This document shows positions 1 through 9,889 of a stretch of DNA of 64,000 nucleotides, piece by piece. Position 1 is the stretch's first letter. Every line of letters starts with the position of its first letter. Both the position numbers and the translations under genes were made by a program. The notes under the pieces are model-generated. The model did no database searches and was not told the DNA's origin. It worked only from the letters and a program-made list of their open reading frames with translations. Source of the stretch: a virus. Location of the stretch: the IMG/VR virus record IMGVR_UViG_3300042519_001676, positions 20,295-84,294 of that record; one strand, given 5' to 3'.

Positions 1-1
1 A

Positions 2-163
2 TTGGAATCCATCGTTACTGAACAGCACACCACCACGTTTTCTTGTGTCTTGATGATCTCCATTGTGATGGCAACAGACTGCGTTGAAACCTATCCAGCC
101 ACTAGGAGTTGTCTTCCTTTTAGGAGGCAGAAAAGTTTGTACGGAAGCCTGTATGAGATTCAT
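2..163 (-). CDS. Primase-like protein, N-terminal zinc-binding region (partial, runs off left edge)
   Basis: Own translation from ATG at 163: MNLIQASVQTFLPPKRKTTPSGWIGFNAVCCHHNGESQDTRKRGGVLF; Cys/His cluster and position beside replication genes; absent from ORF track. Confidence 0.55.
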   Translation of the reverse strand, partial: MNLIQASVQTFLPPKRKTTPSGWIGFNAVCCHHNGDHQDTRKRGGVLFSNDGFQ

Positions 164-172
164 ACATACAGT

Positions 173-1291
173 TTAGCTTCTTACAAGTACTTTGTCAATT
201 TTTCCGTTTGGATAATAAGCCGAACCAGGAGTAGGATTGCCTGGCATTTCAGGACTGTAGAAGTTTAACAGATTTGGTAAATTTGAATTATCAGGATACC
301 ATTTTACTCTAACATCACTCCAAATGCCTACTGCATTTGCATAATCTACACCGGTAAAATTTGTATAGGTTTTAGTTTCTAATGTTGCATAATTAGCAAA
401 GTTAGAAGGTGCATTGTCCAAGGTTGCTTGCACATCTACGGTGCCAGTGTAATTGGTAAAATACATAGCGATTGTAGTGGCCTGACTCATTTCAGGATTT
501 GCACGTAAGTTTCCAGAATAGAATTCATATCTATTAGGTTCGACGTCCCTATTTGCAAAATATTTAAAGGCAGCAGTTTCTAAACTGTCTTTCAATACTG
601 GTACAAGTTCGCTAGTTAATCTTGCAACTCCGGCAATATTATAATATGTGTTTGAATATGCAGGGATAGATGAACCATCATTGTCAGTCAATGTAACTGA
701 AAAATTATAGTAACCGTTATGTAGTTCTCGAGTGTCGTTTTCAGTCAACGATAATACCGCTAGTCCGCGAGTTGCAGTAGTAACACCGTTGTCAATAACT
801 TCAAGTGTTTTCTGCACAACCATTCTATTTTGTTCTGCATCAAACATAGAAAATACAAAATTATGATTGAAAGTAACCGCGGTGCCCGATGTTATAGTTT
901 CAGTAATGGGTGATAGGAATTGTCCTAGATCAGCATCGTATTGTGGATCTAAGTTATCAAGTGTTAGGGTATTTGAATTAATTGCAGAAATATAAGTGCC
1001 GTTAGTTACACTATCACTGTTCACTAGCATACCTACTTGGACATTGGTAGCATCGGCTACTGTGAGTAAATTAGAAGCAGATGTTGCAGCCCCAACAGTA
1101 CTAGATGCAGCTAAAATTCTAACTAATTTTTGATCAGAGTTTTTAAACTGTAGCTGTACCTTGTTTTTAAGTCCTCTTTGTAATTTTAACTCTCGTTGGT
1201 ACATAGTTTCATGTGTCCTTGTTATATCGTCGTCCAGATCTAATTGTACACTGAACAAATTGGAGTATAAATAGATTGGTAATTTCTGCAT
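173..1291 (-). CDS. Hypothetical virion structural protein (beta-rich)
   Basis: Start moved to MQKLPIY (ATG 1291), TAAATA 5 nt upstream; Thr/Asn-rich beta segments of fibre type. Confidence 0.6.
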   Translation of the reverse strand: MQKLPIYLYSNLFSVQLDLDDDITRTHETMYQRELKLQRGLKNKVQLQFKNSDQKLVRILAASSTVGAATSASNLLTVADATNVQVGMLVNSDSVTNGTYISAINSNTLTLDNLDPQYDADLGQFLSPITETITSGTAVTFNHNFVFSMFDAEQNRMVVQKTLEVIDNGVTTATRGLAVLSLTENDTRELHNGYYNFSVTLTDNDGSSIPAYSNTYYNIAGVARLTSELVPVLKDSLETAAFKYFANRDVEPNRYEFYSGNLRANPEMSQATTIAMYFTNYTGTVDVQATLDNAPSNFANYATLETKTYTNFTGVDYANAVGIWSDVRVKWYPDNSNLPNLLNFYSPEMPGNPTPGSAYYPNGKIDKVLVRS

Positions 1292-1302
1292 ACATATATT
1301 TA
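1266..1302. promoter_or_regulatory. Overlapping divergent late promoters: TATAAATA (+, 1266-1273) and TAAATA (-, 1297-1302)
   Basis: Exact T4 late consensus on + strand upstream of ATG 1306; minus-strand copy upstream of ATG 1291. Confidence 0.6.
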
Positions 1303-1305
1303 TTA

Positions 1306-1689
1306 ATGACCAACAAGGACGAGTTTCAACAAAAGTTTCCATTCATAACCTGCATCAAAACCTCAGATAATGAGTATATAGGTATCATTGTAAATCACGA
1401 TGATAACGTTACTAGCATATACAACTATGCTGATATACGCAACGAAGAACATAAACACTTGTTCTTAGAAATGGGAGAAGTTTGGTGGTGGGAAAGTAAT
1501 AGGAAAATCCCTATCAACATTTTTCTAAAACAAGAAATGGTGGCTTTCAGGCCTTTTATAAAAACATTCAACAGCAAAGATGTTGAAATTATTTTTGGGC
1601 CAATTGTTAATCTAGGTGAGATTGCTGAAAAGCGTGTCAAACGCAAGAGCATTCAACTGGTTAGAAGTGTTAAGAAAAAGGGTAGCTAA
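1306..1689 (+). CDS. Hypothetical phage protein
   Basis: ORF from MTNKDEF; WWWESNRKIPINIFL motif; preceded by TATAAATA. Confidence 0.65.
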   Translation: MTNKDEFQQKFPFITCIKTSDNEYIGIIVNHDDNVTSIYNYADIRNEEHKHLFLEMGEVWWWESNRKIPINIFLKQEMVAFRPFIKTFNSKDVEIIFGPIVNLGEIAEKRVKRKSIQLVRSVKKKGS

Positions 1690-2248
1690 CCCGTTCGCAA
1701 ATCAAGTTAAGTTGAACAACAATAACGTGAGCATAAGCAACAGCATGAGCCTTCTTAAAGAAATAAGCATCATCCGTTTTAGTCCATATCTCCTGTTGGA
1801 TACCTTGGAAACCTTCTTTCTCGCATACTGGGATGAGATGTTTTTTACCCGGGCGGAGAAGTGCAAGGAACATGGATAATTCTTCAATGCTCTTAGGCTT
1901 TAATTTTGCAATCAATTGATGATACCCATTGATATGAAACAGCTGGTCACATACCGCCGGATCTTCTAATAAGTCCCAAAGCGGCTCAGCTGCTAATAAT
2001 TCTTTAAGATGTTCTTCATTACGGACACCTTCATATGCACTAACATTTAAAAAATCAATTTTAAAGTAGCCTCGAGATTCTGCTTCTTTATAATTGATAT
2101 TGGCATTGCCGGTTAATGAGTTAACAGGAATTGCATGACAATACGCACCTGTGTTATGTTTCTTTCCGTCTTCAAGACAAGCAGGCACATGCTGAATTAT
2201 ATCCAACACATTTGAACGATTTAAGAAATCTATATCAATATCAGGCAA
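1670..2248 (-). CDS. DNA polymerase III alpha (DnaE)-like catalytic core, miniature or split
   Basis: PDIDIDF, KHNTG, KIDFL, ALLRPG and FKKAHAVAYA match DnaE motifs in order; only 192 aa. Confidence 0.8.
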   Translation of the reverse strand: MPDIDIDFLNRSNVLDIIQHVPACLEDGKKHNTGAYCHAIPVNSLTGNANINYKEAESRGYFKIDFLNVSAYEGVRNEEHLKELLAAEPLWDLLEDPAVCDQLFHINGYHQLIAKLKPKSIEELSMFLALLRPGKKHLIPVCEKEGFQGIQQEIWTKTDDAYFFKKAHAVAYAHVIVVQLNLICERVSYPFS

Positions 2249-2933
2249 TTCCAGTCTCCCTACAAATTTCTTTTACAAACGCCACATCCGCCGGGCAGTC
2301 TCTAAATTTCTTTGACCAAAAAGATAAATCTAATGTTTGATTAATCATATCCAATTGCTCGTCATTAAACATTCTCATTAGTTCAACTCCGCTCCCAGAA
2401 TTTAGAACTAACCAGGGACTGACTTTTCCATCTCTAATATGATGTACTGCACGATTTACATTTACGTATTTGAAGTAATGTGCAAAATTTGCATTTTGTT
2501 CTTCGCCCCATTCCATCATATATTGCAAGCTTCTTTCAATAGCACTTTCTACAGGCTCTATTTTGATCAGCTCACTTAGATATTTGTCATACAGATCATC
2601 TCTACACCAATGATCTAATTTAATTCCGCTCTTAACTACGTAGTCGATAAATCGTTCTGGATACAAAGGATTTACATTGTTAATAAAGCTACCAAATTTT
2701 ACAAAGGCATTATAGTATGCACTCTTACAAAAGTCACTATAGGGTTTTTGTTTTTTTGCAGCCTGAGTAAGTTGATAAAATCTGTTGTAGGCAAAGAATC
2801 CCATCTGGACTCTTTTTTCATCCTTTTGTAGCACTCGCCTTTTTCGTTCACACATATGAGCAACAAGAGTTTTCTCTTGCATAAAACTCTTGTTACAATG
2901 CACACATGTAAAAGGTTGGTCAACTAACTCCAT
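2241..2933 (-). CDS. Hypothetical protein with N-terminal zinc finger
   Basis: CVHCNKSF...LVAHMC; overlaps neighbours in an operon-like arrangement. Confidence 0.65.
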   Translation of the reverse strand: MELVDQPFTCVHCNKSFMQEKTLVAHMCERKRRVLQKDEKRVQMGFFAYNRFYQLTQAAKKQKPYSDFCKSAYYNAFVKFGSFINNVNPLYPERFIDYVVKSGIKLDHWCRDDLYDKYLSELIKIEPVESAIERSLQYMMEWGEEQNANFAHYFKYVNVNRAVHHIRDGKVSPWLVLNSGSGVELMRMFNDEQLDMINQTLDLSFWSKKFRDCPADVAFVKEICRETGIA

Positions 2934-3394
2934 TACTCGTATTCTTTCCGTTGTTTCTTATCAAATCCCATTTTATCAAACAATTCTTGTTTGTCTTTAT
3001 CGTCCATCAATGATGCTAACACTTTGATATCACTTAACTTCATTGCAGGATATAATTCTTCAAGAAGCTTCTCAATCTTGTTTGCTTTGCCTTTGGCACC
3101 TGACTTCAGGTATGTGTATTTGACAGGCACACCAACTCCGCAACTGGCAAATAATTGCCAAAGAAGTTGCTTATGACCTTTACTTAAAGTCCAGTGATTG
3201 ATATTGACAAGATCATTAACTCGTTCGAGAATGAACTGATATGTTTCGGGATCAACTTGAGGATTGCTTACATATCTCATTAAAATATACGGACTAAAAA
3301 CTTTCTTCTCTTCGTCAGTTAAGTTCTTATAAAAATCGTGGTCTCTACGATTTACCGCTGTTAATTCTCTGCCAATGTCTAGTTTTGCTGCCAT
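2933..3394 (-). CDS. Putative clamp-loader small subunit (T4 gp62-like)
   Basis: FSPYILMRYVS and HKQLLWQL segments, size 153 aa, replication context. Confidence 0.5.
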   Translation of the reverse strand: MAAKLDIGRELTAVNRRDHDFYKNLTDEEKKVFSPYILMRYVSNPQVDPETYQFILERVNDLVNINHWTLSKGHKQLLWQLFASCGVGVPVKYTYLKSGAKGKANKIEKLLEELYPAMKLSDIKVLASLMDDKDKQELFDKMGFDKKQRKEYE

Positions 3395-3396
3395 GT

Positions 3397-3684
3397 TTAT
3401 ACCGGATGATGAGGAACTTTATATTCTTTGTCTTTGCTTAGATAGTACAATATTTTAACACGTTCTAAGGCGTTTTCCAATTCTTTATTGTCCAAGGCTG
3501 CTTGTCTAATATCATGCCATAACTGAGATTCGCTAGGCGTACTCATATAATTTCTGTGATCTAACGGATCCCTATGATAGTCGTATCCCACAACGGTCCT
3601 TTCAGTGCTACCTTGTTCGCGGGCATATACAGTGCCGCCTACTCGTTCGTAAATTAGCTTAACGTTCGGAGTCAGACTGCCCAT
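3397..3684 (-). CDS. Hypothetical protein
   Basis: ORF, probable start MGSLTP; LIYERVGGTVYARE motif. Confidence 0.6.
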   Translation of the reverse strand: MGSLTPNVKLIYERVGGTVYAREQGSTERTVVGYDYHRDPLDHRNYMSTPSESQLWHDIRQAALDNKELENALERVKILYYLSKDKEYKVPHHPV

Positions 3685-3817
3685 ACGTATATCCATATTG
3701 TGAATGTGCCCAGCGAGAAAATCGTTCTAATCCTTCTCGATCATTCGGATAACTCTCTGAATAGATTCTAATTAGTCTATTCAATGTTTCAAATATTTGC
3801 GGTTCAGTATACGGCAT
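3659..3817 (-). CDS. Small hypothetical protein, 52 aa (not in ORF track)
   Basis: MPYTEPQIFETLNRLIRIYSESYPNDREGLERFSRWAHSQYGYTYGQSDSER*; fills the gap, ATG 1 nt after the upstream stop. Confidence 0.6.
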   Translation of the reverse strand: MPYTEPQIFETLNRLIRIYSESYPNDREGLERFSRWAHSQYGYTYGQSDSER

Positions 3818-3818
3818 A

Positions 3819-4322
3819 TTACCAGCACCTTGAGTAATCTACTAGTTCACTTTGACGACTGACTTCTTTAACAAAGTATGCACACGGAGGTTTAGGATCG
3901 TTGTTTAACGGAGTACATAACAGTTGTCCTGGCTTCATTTTAGGAAAATACCAACGAACATCTTGATACACATCAACAATATCAATATCGTAAAACTCGG
4001 GTCTAAATGAGCTCAATGGATTAAAAATAAATGTTCTAAAGCCGCGATCATTCAAACTAGTCAGAGGTATAATTTCCATATCGGGACCCTCTGGGTCTCC
4101 TACAATAGTACACCAATCTAATGGCATGTTTACAGTATATGGCCCGACTTTAAGTACCGCAGCAGGTGCAGTGAACGACTCTAAGAATATTAGAGGAATA
4201 TAAAAATAGTCAGGATTTTGTGGATCGCTATTGTCCATAACACTGAATCTGAGATCTTCATCAACCTCATCTGGTAGGTCGTTTAGATGATAAATCTTAT
4301 TATCAAGTGTGAGAATTTGCAT
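3819..4322 (-). CDS. Hypothetical phage protein
   Basis: 167-aa ORF coupled (TAATG) to the helicase gene. Confidence 0.7.
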   Translation of the reverse strand: MQILTLDNKIYHLNDLPDEVDEDLRFSVMDNSDPQNPDYFYIPLIFLESFTAPAAVLKVGPYTVNMPLDWCTIVGDPEGPDMEIIPLTSLNDRGFRTFIFNPLSSFRPEFYDIDIVDVYQDVRWYFPKMKPGQLLCTPLNNDPKPPCAYFVKEVSRQSELVDYSRCW

Positions 4323-5779
4323 TAATATTTTACCTTTTCAATTGTGAACGGATACTTGGCGTCTTTGTAGAACTTCTTTCGTTCAGTAAGGTGTCTCTTC
4401 GCATACTTCGTCGACGCTGTAATATCCCAGATTTGTACAAAGTCTTTGTCGTCTGCTTTTCTAATGCCTCGCCCAATGCTTTGTATAACCCTTGTAAAGC
4501 TCTTTCCGGACTCAACCATAACCAAATTAAAAATACGGGGGATATTAAGACCCACAGCGGCCACACCATAAGTCGCCACAATAATCTTTTTATCAGCAGT
4601 TCTAACTTCGTCATACTCAGTCTTCCGGTCTTTAGTTTTTACTTCTCCCGAGATAAAGACACTATCTGGGATGTTGTCTACTATTATACGTCCTGTTTCA
4701 ATCCTGTCAACCAGTACTAACGTATTTCCACTTTCTGCAATTCCTGCAACCAGTTTACTAATCCATGCAACTCGATCTTCATCGGTCACTAGATACTTTA
4801 GTTCTTCAGGATAACTGCCAAATTCTTTCCACTCAGCAGTTTGGATAACATTTACATGGCAGGTGCTTAGTACTCCTGCCTCTTGCAGAGTATGTGCCTT
4901 AACTGTGTGTACTACTTCGCCTAATGCACATTTAATATTTTGAAAATCTATATCTTCTTTAGGCACAGTTCCGGTTAGTCCCCAACGAATGGGTGCATTG
5001 GCAAGATTGTTGGTTAACAGTTTCTTCAACACTTCTGCCTTGGCCATATGCACCTCATCAACCATTACTGTTTGAACACCTTCAAGTAATTCTGCCAGTG
5101 TTAATAACTCTTCGTCGGTGGTATTTTTAGATCTCTTGTCAAGAATATTCAAACTTTGCCAAGTACAGATAGTATGTGTCTTATCAAGATTTTTTCTATC
5201 TCCGTAGTACACTCCGACGTCTAATCCGCAGTTAATGAAGTCTTCTTCAGTTTGTTCAACTAGACTTTTGTTAGGAACAATGGTCACAGTTCGACCATAT
5301 TTTTCACAGATTTTTGCCAACGTGGCTGTGGTAATTGTCTTACCAAAGCCCGTGGCAATTTCTTGAATGCACTGAGGATTTTCTAGAAACTTGTTAACAA
5401 CTTCAACTTGATCATCACGCAGTCTAATCTTTGATCCGGCAAACCGATGACCTTCAGGCCATGTTTGGTCACCCCAAAAATCTTCAGCAACTAGGTCAAA
5501 GCTCAAGGCCATAGGAACACGATGATCTTCTAGTACAGGATCGTAACCCTGATGTACTAATTCCTCAATAACATCAGGTAACATACTCATATAGGTAGTG
5601 CCACCAAGTCCAAAGAAGCTAGTGCAACCGTCCCAACGACCTAATTTATAAGCAGGCAAGTAGCGAGCTTTTTGATCAAAATATTTGAATTTTGTAACCA
5701 GTTTTTTTCTTGTGTCAAGGTCTAAGTTTTCAATTTTTACATTGACTTCATCCTTGATTATAATTTTACAATAGGCCAA
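4322..5779 (-). CDS. uvsW: SF2 DNA helicase, UvsW-like
   Basis: ATGFGKT Walker A, DEVH, GLTGT, QSIGRGIR motif VI; near uvsX/uvsY. Confidence 0.88.
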   Translation of the reverse strand: MAYCKIIIKDEVNVKIENLDLDTRKKLVTKFKYFDQKARYLPAYKLGRWDGCTSFFGLGGTTYMSMLPDVIEELVHQGYDPVLEDHRVPMALSFDLVAEDFWGDQTWPEGHRFAGSKIRLRDDQVEVVNKFLENPQCIQEIATGFGKTITTATLAKICEKYGRTVTIVPNKSLVEQTEEDFINCGLDVGVYYGDRKNLDKTHTICTWQSLNILDKRSKNTTDEELLTLAELLEGVQTVMVDEVHMAKAEVLKKLLTNNLANAPIRWGLTGTVPKEDIDFQNIKCALGEVVHTVKAHTLQEAGVLSTCHVNVIQTAEWKEFGSYPEELKYLVTDEDRVAWISKLVAGIAESGNTLVLVDRIETGRIIVDNIPDSVFISGEVKTKDRKTEYDEVRTADKKIIVATYGVAAVGLNIPRIFNLVMVESGKSFTRVIQSIGRGIRKADDKDFVQIWDITASTKYAKRHLTERKKFYKDAKYPFTIEKVKY

Positions 5780-6968
5780 ACTGGTATCCTGATTTAGTTT
5801 TATCTGTATATCTAATTACGTCTGCCCTACCATCCAAGTATGTAGAAACACTATAGTGAACTCCGGACAGACTTCCTAGATTTACAATTAGTTTAAATTC
5901 TATGCCACTTTTAATCAATGGTTTAGGAATCTTTTGGCTGACAAATACAATTTTAGTGTTATCGTTAATAGGGTTGTTTAAGTTGTTCTGTTTTACTAGT
6001 TCGTTAAACATGCCACCGGTGTCACTGTCTAGTCTAAACAATACACTAATGTCTTTTTCTTTAAATCCTTGAGATTTTAACCAGGTAGTCCATGTTTTTA
6101 AAGTGAAGAATTCGCCGTAGCCGGGAATGATGATCAATGCGGGAACATTATGCTTGAACAGCTCAGTAAACTGATCAATACTATTTTCATTGACGTCAAA
6201 TTCTGGCTTATTCGATATCGATTCTTCTAAAAACGATGTCAGAACTGGTGAAAAATTTGCATTTTTTATCAGATTTTCAACAGTTTCGTCCCATGTACTA
6301 ATGCCGTAGTGCTTGGCCAGTAACAGAGTCTCAATTAGATCATTAGATTCAGGTTGAGGTACTGTTCGATATACATTCTTGAACAAGTACTGGTTATTTT
6401 CGTAAGCCACTGTGGGTACATAGTTTTCCATATTTTCAAGAATTTCGGAAATTTGACCAGAAAATTCAAGAAATTCAGGATCCACTATAAAACTATCATT
6501 TAGGATATGTTGAGTGATCCATAGTACATTATTTTCTTCTAAGGCAAACTTCCATGCCTTAGAGTCACCGTTCCACTCCACAGTTTTAACTTTTACTTCT
6601 GATTTGAATTTTCTAATTTTTTCAACAATTTCCTCAGAAAATGGAAATTTTATCAAAATTTCCTTCCCTTCTATTTTAATGGACTTTTCTTGAAGTGCAG
6701 GTTCTATTAAATTAAATTTAAACTCAGGAGCATCAAGGGCCACGGTAACTGCGGTGCCGAGGTCAGCGGTAAGCTGGCCTTGGTATTTTTTACAAAGACG
6801 TAAAACCAGTGATCGTTGCTTCTCTGTGAAGCCTCGGCCAGCTGATGGATTGGCCGCAAGGCTGTGTACTACTTTTTCATCCATTGCCCATAAAGAGATT
6901 GGATTAGAAAATAGATAGCTTCCGGTGTTACCGAGCCTACAGATGAGATCTTCAATGTAGAGTTTCAT
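5766..6968 (-). CDS. Hypothetical protein
   Basis: 400-aa ORF; FPFSEEIVEKIR...WNGDSKAW resembles a HARP-like segment (weak). Confidence 0.65.
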   Translation of the reverse strand: MKLYIEDLICRLGNTGSYLFSNPISLWAMDEKVVHSLAANPSAGRGFTEKQRSLVLRLCKKYQGQLTADLGTAVTVALDAPEFKFNLIEPALQEKSIKIEGKEILIKFPFSEEIVEKIRKFKSEVKVKTVEWNGDSKAWKFALEENNVLWITQHILNDSFIVDPEFLEFSGQISEILENMENYVPTVAYENNQYLFKNVYRTVPQPESNDLIETLLLAKHYGISTWDETVENLIKNANFSPVLTSFLEESISNKPEFDVNENSIDQFTELFKHNVPALIIIPGYGEFFTLKTWTTWLKSQGFKEKDISVLFRLDSDTGGMFNELVKQNNLNNPINDNTKIVFVSQKIPKPLIKSGIEFKLIVNLGSLSGVHYSVSTYLDGRADVIRYTDKTKSGYQFGLL

Positions 6969-6969
6969 T

Positions 6970-7425
6970 TTATATTGACACGTCTTCCATACCGGCGGTA
7001 CGGAGTTTAATGATGTTACTAACTTGCCACTGTTTTATGTCTAATCCCTTGATAATACCCAACCATTGATTACGCAAGAGTGCAAACTCATTAATGATCT
7101 TTTCCATATCAACTACGTCTGCTTCGCCGTCGACATATTTTTCAACATCTCTAGAACTAAGAGCCCTAGCATAGTTTTCTAAATATTTTTTAAAGGTCTT
7201 TGATCTGATTCTGCGAAGTTCAATGTTCAGGTATTCGAGGATACCTTCAATTTCTTGAAGTTGATTAAATCGATGTGCTACAATTCCTGGTAAGGCGGCA
7301 GAAGTTTTTTCTATGTTGCCATAGACTTTAACCTCGCCCCTTGCCTGTTCTAATTCGGAATAGTAATGATCGATACAGCCTGGTAAGTGAGCAATATCAT
7401 TGCTAACTTTGCTGTACCAGTTCAT
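6970..7425 (-). CDS. uvsY: Recombination mediator, UvsY-like
   Basis: 151-aa helical protein, RDVEKYVDGE and IKGLDIKQWQVSNIIKLR; between recA and uvsW. Confidence 0.7.
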   Translation of the reverse strand: MNWYSKVSNDIAHLPGCIDHYYSELEQARGEVKVYGNIEKTSAALPGIVAHRFNQLQEIEGILEYLNIELRRIRSKTFKKYLENYARALSSRDVEKYVDGEADVVDMEKIINEFALLRNQWLGIIKGLDIKQWQVSNIIKLRTAGMEDVSI

Positions 7426-7673
7426 TAATAGTCCTCGTCTTCTTCGGAATAACCGTCGTCTTCTTCGTCTTCGAATTCTTTTTCTTCATCAACCACTGCC
7501 TTAACAGCAATGTCTAGATGAGGATCATATCCCATAAGAGCTTCAAGTGCGGCAATTTCGACATCCTTGCCTAACAAGAAATCAACGTACTGATGAGCAG
7601 CCAATTCTTTGTTTTTGTCTGGGATATATTCTCGGAAGGTATCCCATACCTCCATAATCAATGCTTCTTCCAT
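7425..7673 (-). CDS. Small acidic hypothetical protein
   Basis: 82-aa ORF with D/E tail, TAATG-coupled on both sides. Confidence 0.65.
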   Translation of the reverse strand: MEEALIMEVWDTFREYIPDKNKELAAHQYVDFLLGKDVEIAALEALMGYDPHLDIAVKAVVDEEKEFEDEEDDGYSEEDEDY

Positions 7674-8731
7674 TATGCTTCCTCAGTATCTTCAGCAACT
7701 ACTGCCGCAATATCCATTGCAGCTTCGTCCCATTCATCCATAATAATTTTTAACTTGTCTTCAGTCCAACCTTTTCGGAAAAAAGAATGAACTTCGCCAG
7801 TTTCTTTACTTATATATTGTAGCTTATTTCCGCTCTTTGTCAAAACGTTTTTAGCTTCAAATAAGTCCACTAATCCGGACGTCGGTGCCATACCTGTTGC
7901 ATACGGGATCTCAACTTGTACTGACTCAAATGGTTTTGCATAACGAGTTTTCATAATCTTACAAGCAGAACGGATACCGTTAACTGTTGTAGTCTTATTA
8001 CCATCTGCGTCTGTTTTCAATTTCAATTTACGCATAGCAACTACAATAGAGCTAGCATAAATGAAGCCTTGGCCTCCACTGATCTTGTCATCAGGGTCAA
8101 ACATATCCTGGCTAGCATAGGTGTGGTTAGTACAAACTAACCCAACGTTATAGCTACCAAACATGTTGACACAATTACGAACAAGAGATGTAAGTGCTTT
8201 GGGTTTACGGCCCATGTCACCTTTCATTTCGCCTGCTTCAAACTGATTTACGTCAGTAGGAGTCAACAACATGCCTAAAGAATCAATTACAAACAAAATT
8301 TTTGGACGTTCTTCCAACGGCATTGTTTTATATTCTTTCATGAATTCACTAATGGTTTTTGCCACGTCGTCAATCATAGCCATGTTAAGTTTTAGAAGTT
8401 TTTTCTCTGAAGTATCAACACCAAGTGCGTGTAGCCATGCTTCGTCAAGTGCATTTTCGCTATCAACTAGGATAACATACATGTCTTGCTCTTGTGCATG
8501 TTTAATAATGTTGCCTGAACAAATATAACTCTTACCTGCACCGCTTTCGCCTGCGAAAACAGTAACTTTACCAAGGGGGACCCCTTTATTAAAGTCCCCC
8601 GAGATCAAGTAGTTAAGAGCAAAGTTGCCAGTTGAAATCCAGTCAGTAGGATCGTTGAAGCCAATACCTAAGCCTTCAATAGACTTAGTGATGGACTTGC
8701 GAAACTTAGAAATATCAAATGATTTTGCCAT
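7673..8731 (-). CDS. uvsX: RecA/UvsX recombinase
   Basis: GESGAGKS Walker A, DSENALD, FVIDSLG Walker B, ISGGQG. Confidence 0.93.
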   Translation of the reverse strand: MAKSFDISKFRKSITKSIEGLGIGFNDPTDWISTGNFALNYLISGDFNKGVPLGKVTVFAGESGAGKSYICSGNIIKHAQEQDMYVILVDSENALDEAWLHALGVDTSEKKLLKLNMAMIDDVAKTISEFMKEYKTMPLEERPKILFVIDSLGMLLTPTDVNQFEAGEMKGDMGRKPKALTSLVRNCVNMFGSYNVGLVCTNHTYASQDMFDPDDKISGGQGFIYASSIVVAMRKLKLKTDADGNKTTTVNGIRSACKIMKTRYAKPFESVQVEIPYATGMAPTSGLVDLFEAKNVLTKSGNKLQYISKETGEVHSFFRKGWTEDKLKIIMDEWDEAAMDIAAVVAEDTEEA

Positions 8732-8745
8732 TATGATCTCCTAAA

Positions 8746-9765
8746 TTAAGCGGTTGCGTTACGTGCTTTAATCTTAGCTAAGATATCTTGAGCTCGTGAA
8801 CTTGCTTCGCTTCCACCTGCTGGTGCAGTCGGTGCAGGAGTGAATGACTTTTCAGCTACTTGAACTTCTTCTTCCCACGGTGCCGCTTCTGCTACCGGAG
8901 TAGCAGCCATTGGAGCCGCCGGTGCTGGACGAGCAGCTGGGGCAGCAGATGCTGTACCCGAGGCGTTGTCACGACCACCATAACCTGCTGGCTTGAAGTA
9001 TTGACCCCAACGTTCCATGTCAAATGCTTCACCGTCTACTGACGCTTCAAACATTTCTTTCATGACTTTGAGTTCAACATCGCCGGGCTTTTTAGGCAAG
9101 AATGACTTTAAGTCAAACGCACCGTATTGTGTCAAAGCTGCCTGTTCAGCATCACCTAGAGCACGTTCACGACGAGCCCATTGTGATGTAGAGTAGTCTG
9201 CATATCCGCCCTTGCTAGTTTTAACAATGCGGAAGTCCACACCGCGAAGTGTGTCAGTTGGCAATTCTTCCATATCAGGATCTAGCAAAGCTGCCTTGAT
9301 AATGTTAAAGATTTGACTGCCGATAATGAATCGACGAATTGGATTTTCAGGAGTTTTGCCATCTTCTTTGTACTGGCTATCTACTACATAACCTTGGAAC
9401 AGGTATGACTTCTTTTTCCAGTACTTACGACCCATGTCTTCCAAAGACTTGTCTTTAAACCAAGGGCGAACCTCAGTAAGAATTGGACATGTCTCGCCCC
9501 ACATTTCCATACAAGGAACTTGCACAGTCACGGGCTTGGAATTTGCTTCACCTTTGACACCGGCGAAAGGCAATTTGATCATTGCACGTTCGATCCAGAA
9601 GAAGGTGTTGTTTGGATCAGCGTCAGGCAAGAAACGAACCGTTGCGGTTTGTCCTTCTGCGATGTTCCAATGGGGGTAAATTGCGTTGTCTCCACCGGAT
9701 GAGCCACCAGTGTTTTGTTGAGATGATGCTTGAAGTTTTGCTCTAATTTCTGCTAACGTTGCCAT
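8746..9765 (-). CDS. Single-stranded DNA-binding protein (T4 gp32-like)
   Basis: VRFLPD, C-x7-CPI, GYADYSTS, Ala/Pro-rich tail; SD AAGGA; adjacent to recA. Confidence 0.85.
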   Translation of the reverse strand: MATLAEIRAKLQASSQQNTGGSSGGDNAIYPHWNIAEGQTATVRFLPDADPNNTFFWIERAMIKLPFAGVKGEANSKPVTVQVPCMEMWGETCPILTEVRPWFKDKSLEDMGRKYWKKKSYLFQGYVVDSQYKEDGKTPENPIRRFIIGSQIFNIIKAALLDPDMEELPTDTLRGVDFRIVKTSKGGYADYSTSQWARRERALGDAEQAALTQYGAFDLKSFLPKKPGDVELKVMKEMFEASVDGEAFDMERWGQYFKPAGYGGRDNASGTASAAPAARPAPAAPMAATPVAEAAPWEEEVQVAEKSFTPAPTAPAGGSEASSRAQDILAKIKARNATA

Positions 9766-9819
9766 AATGTTTTTCCTTAATGTTGATTTATTATGCCTCT
9801 TCTTTAAAGCCCACTGACT

Positions 9820-9865
9820 AAAAAGAAAAACTGTGCATACGGTTAAGTATACACAGCTTTATTTA
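9820..9865 (-). terminator. Hairpin plus U-tract overlapping a TAAATA promoter upstream of the SSB gene
   Basis: Minus strand: TAAATA-aag-CTGTGTATAC-ttaacc-GTATGCACAG-TTTTTCTTTTT. Confidence 0.6.
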
Positions 9866-9889
9866 TCACTGCAACCTATTTGGTTGAAA

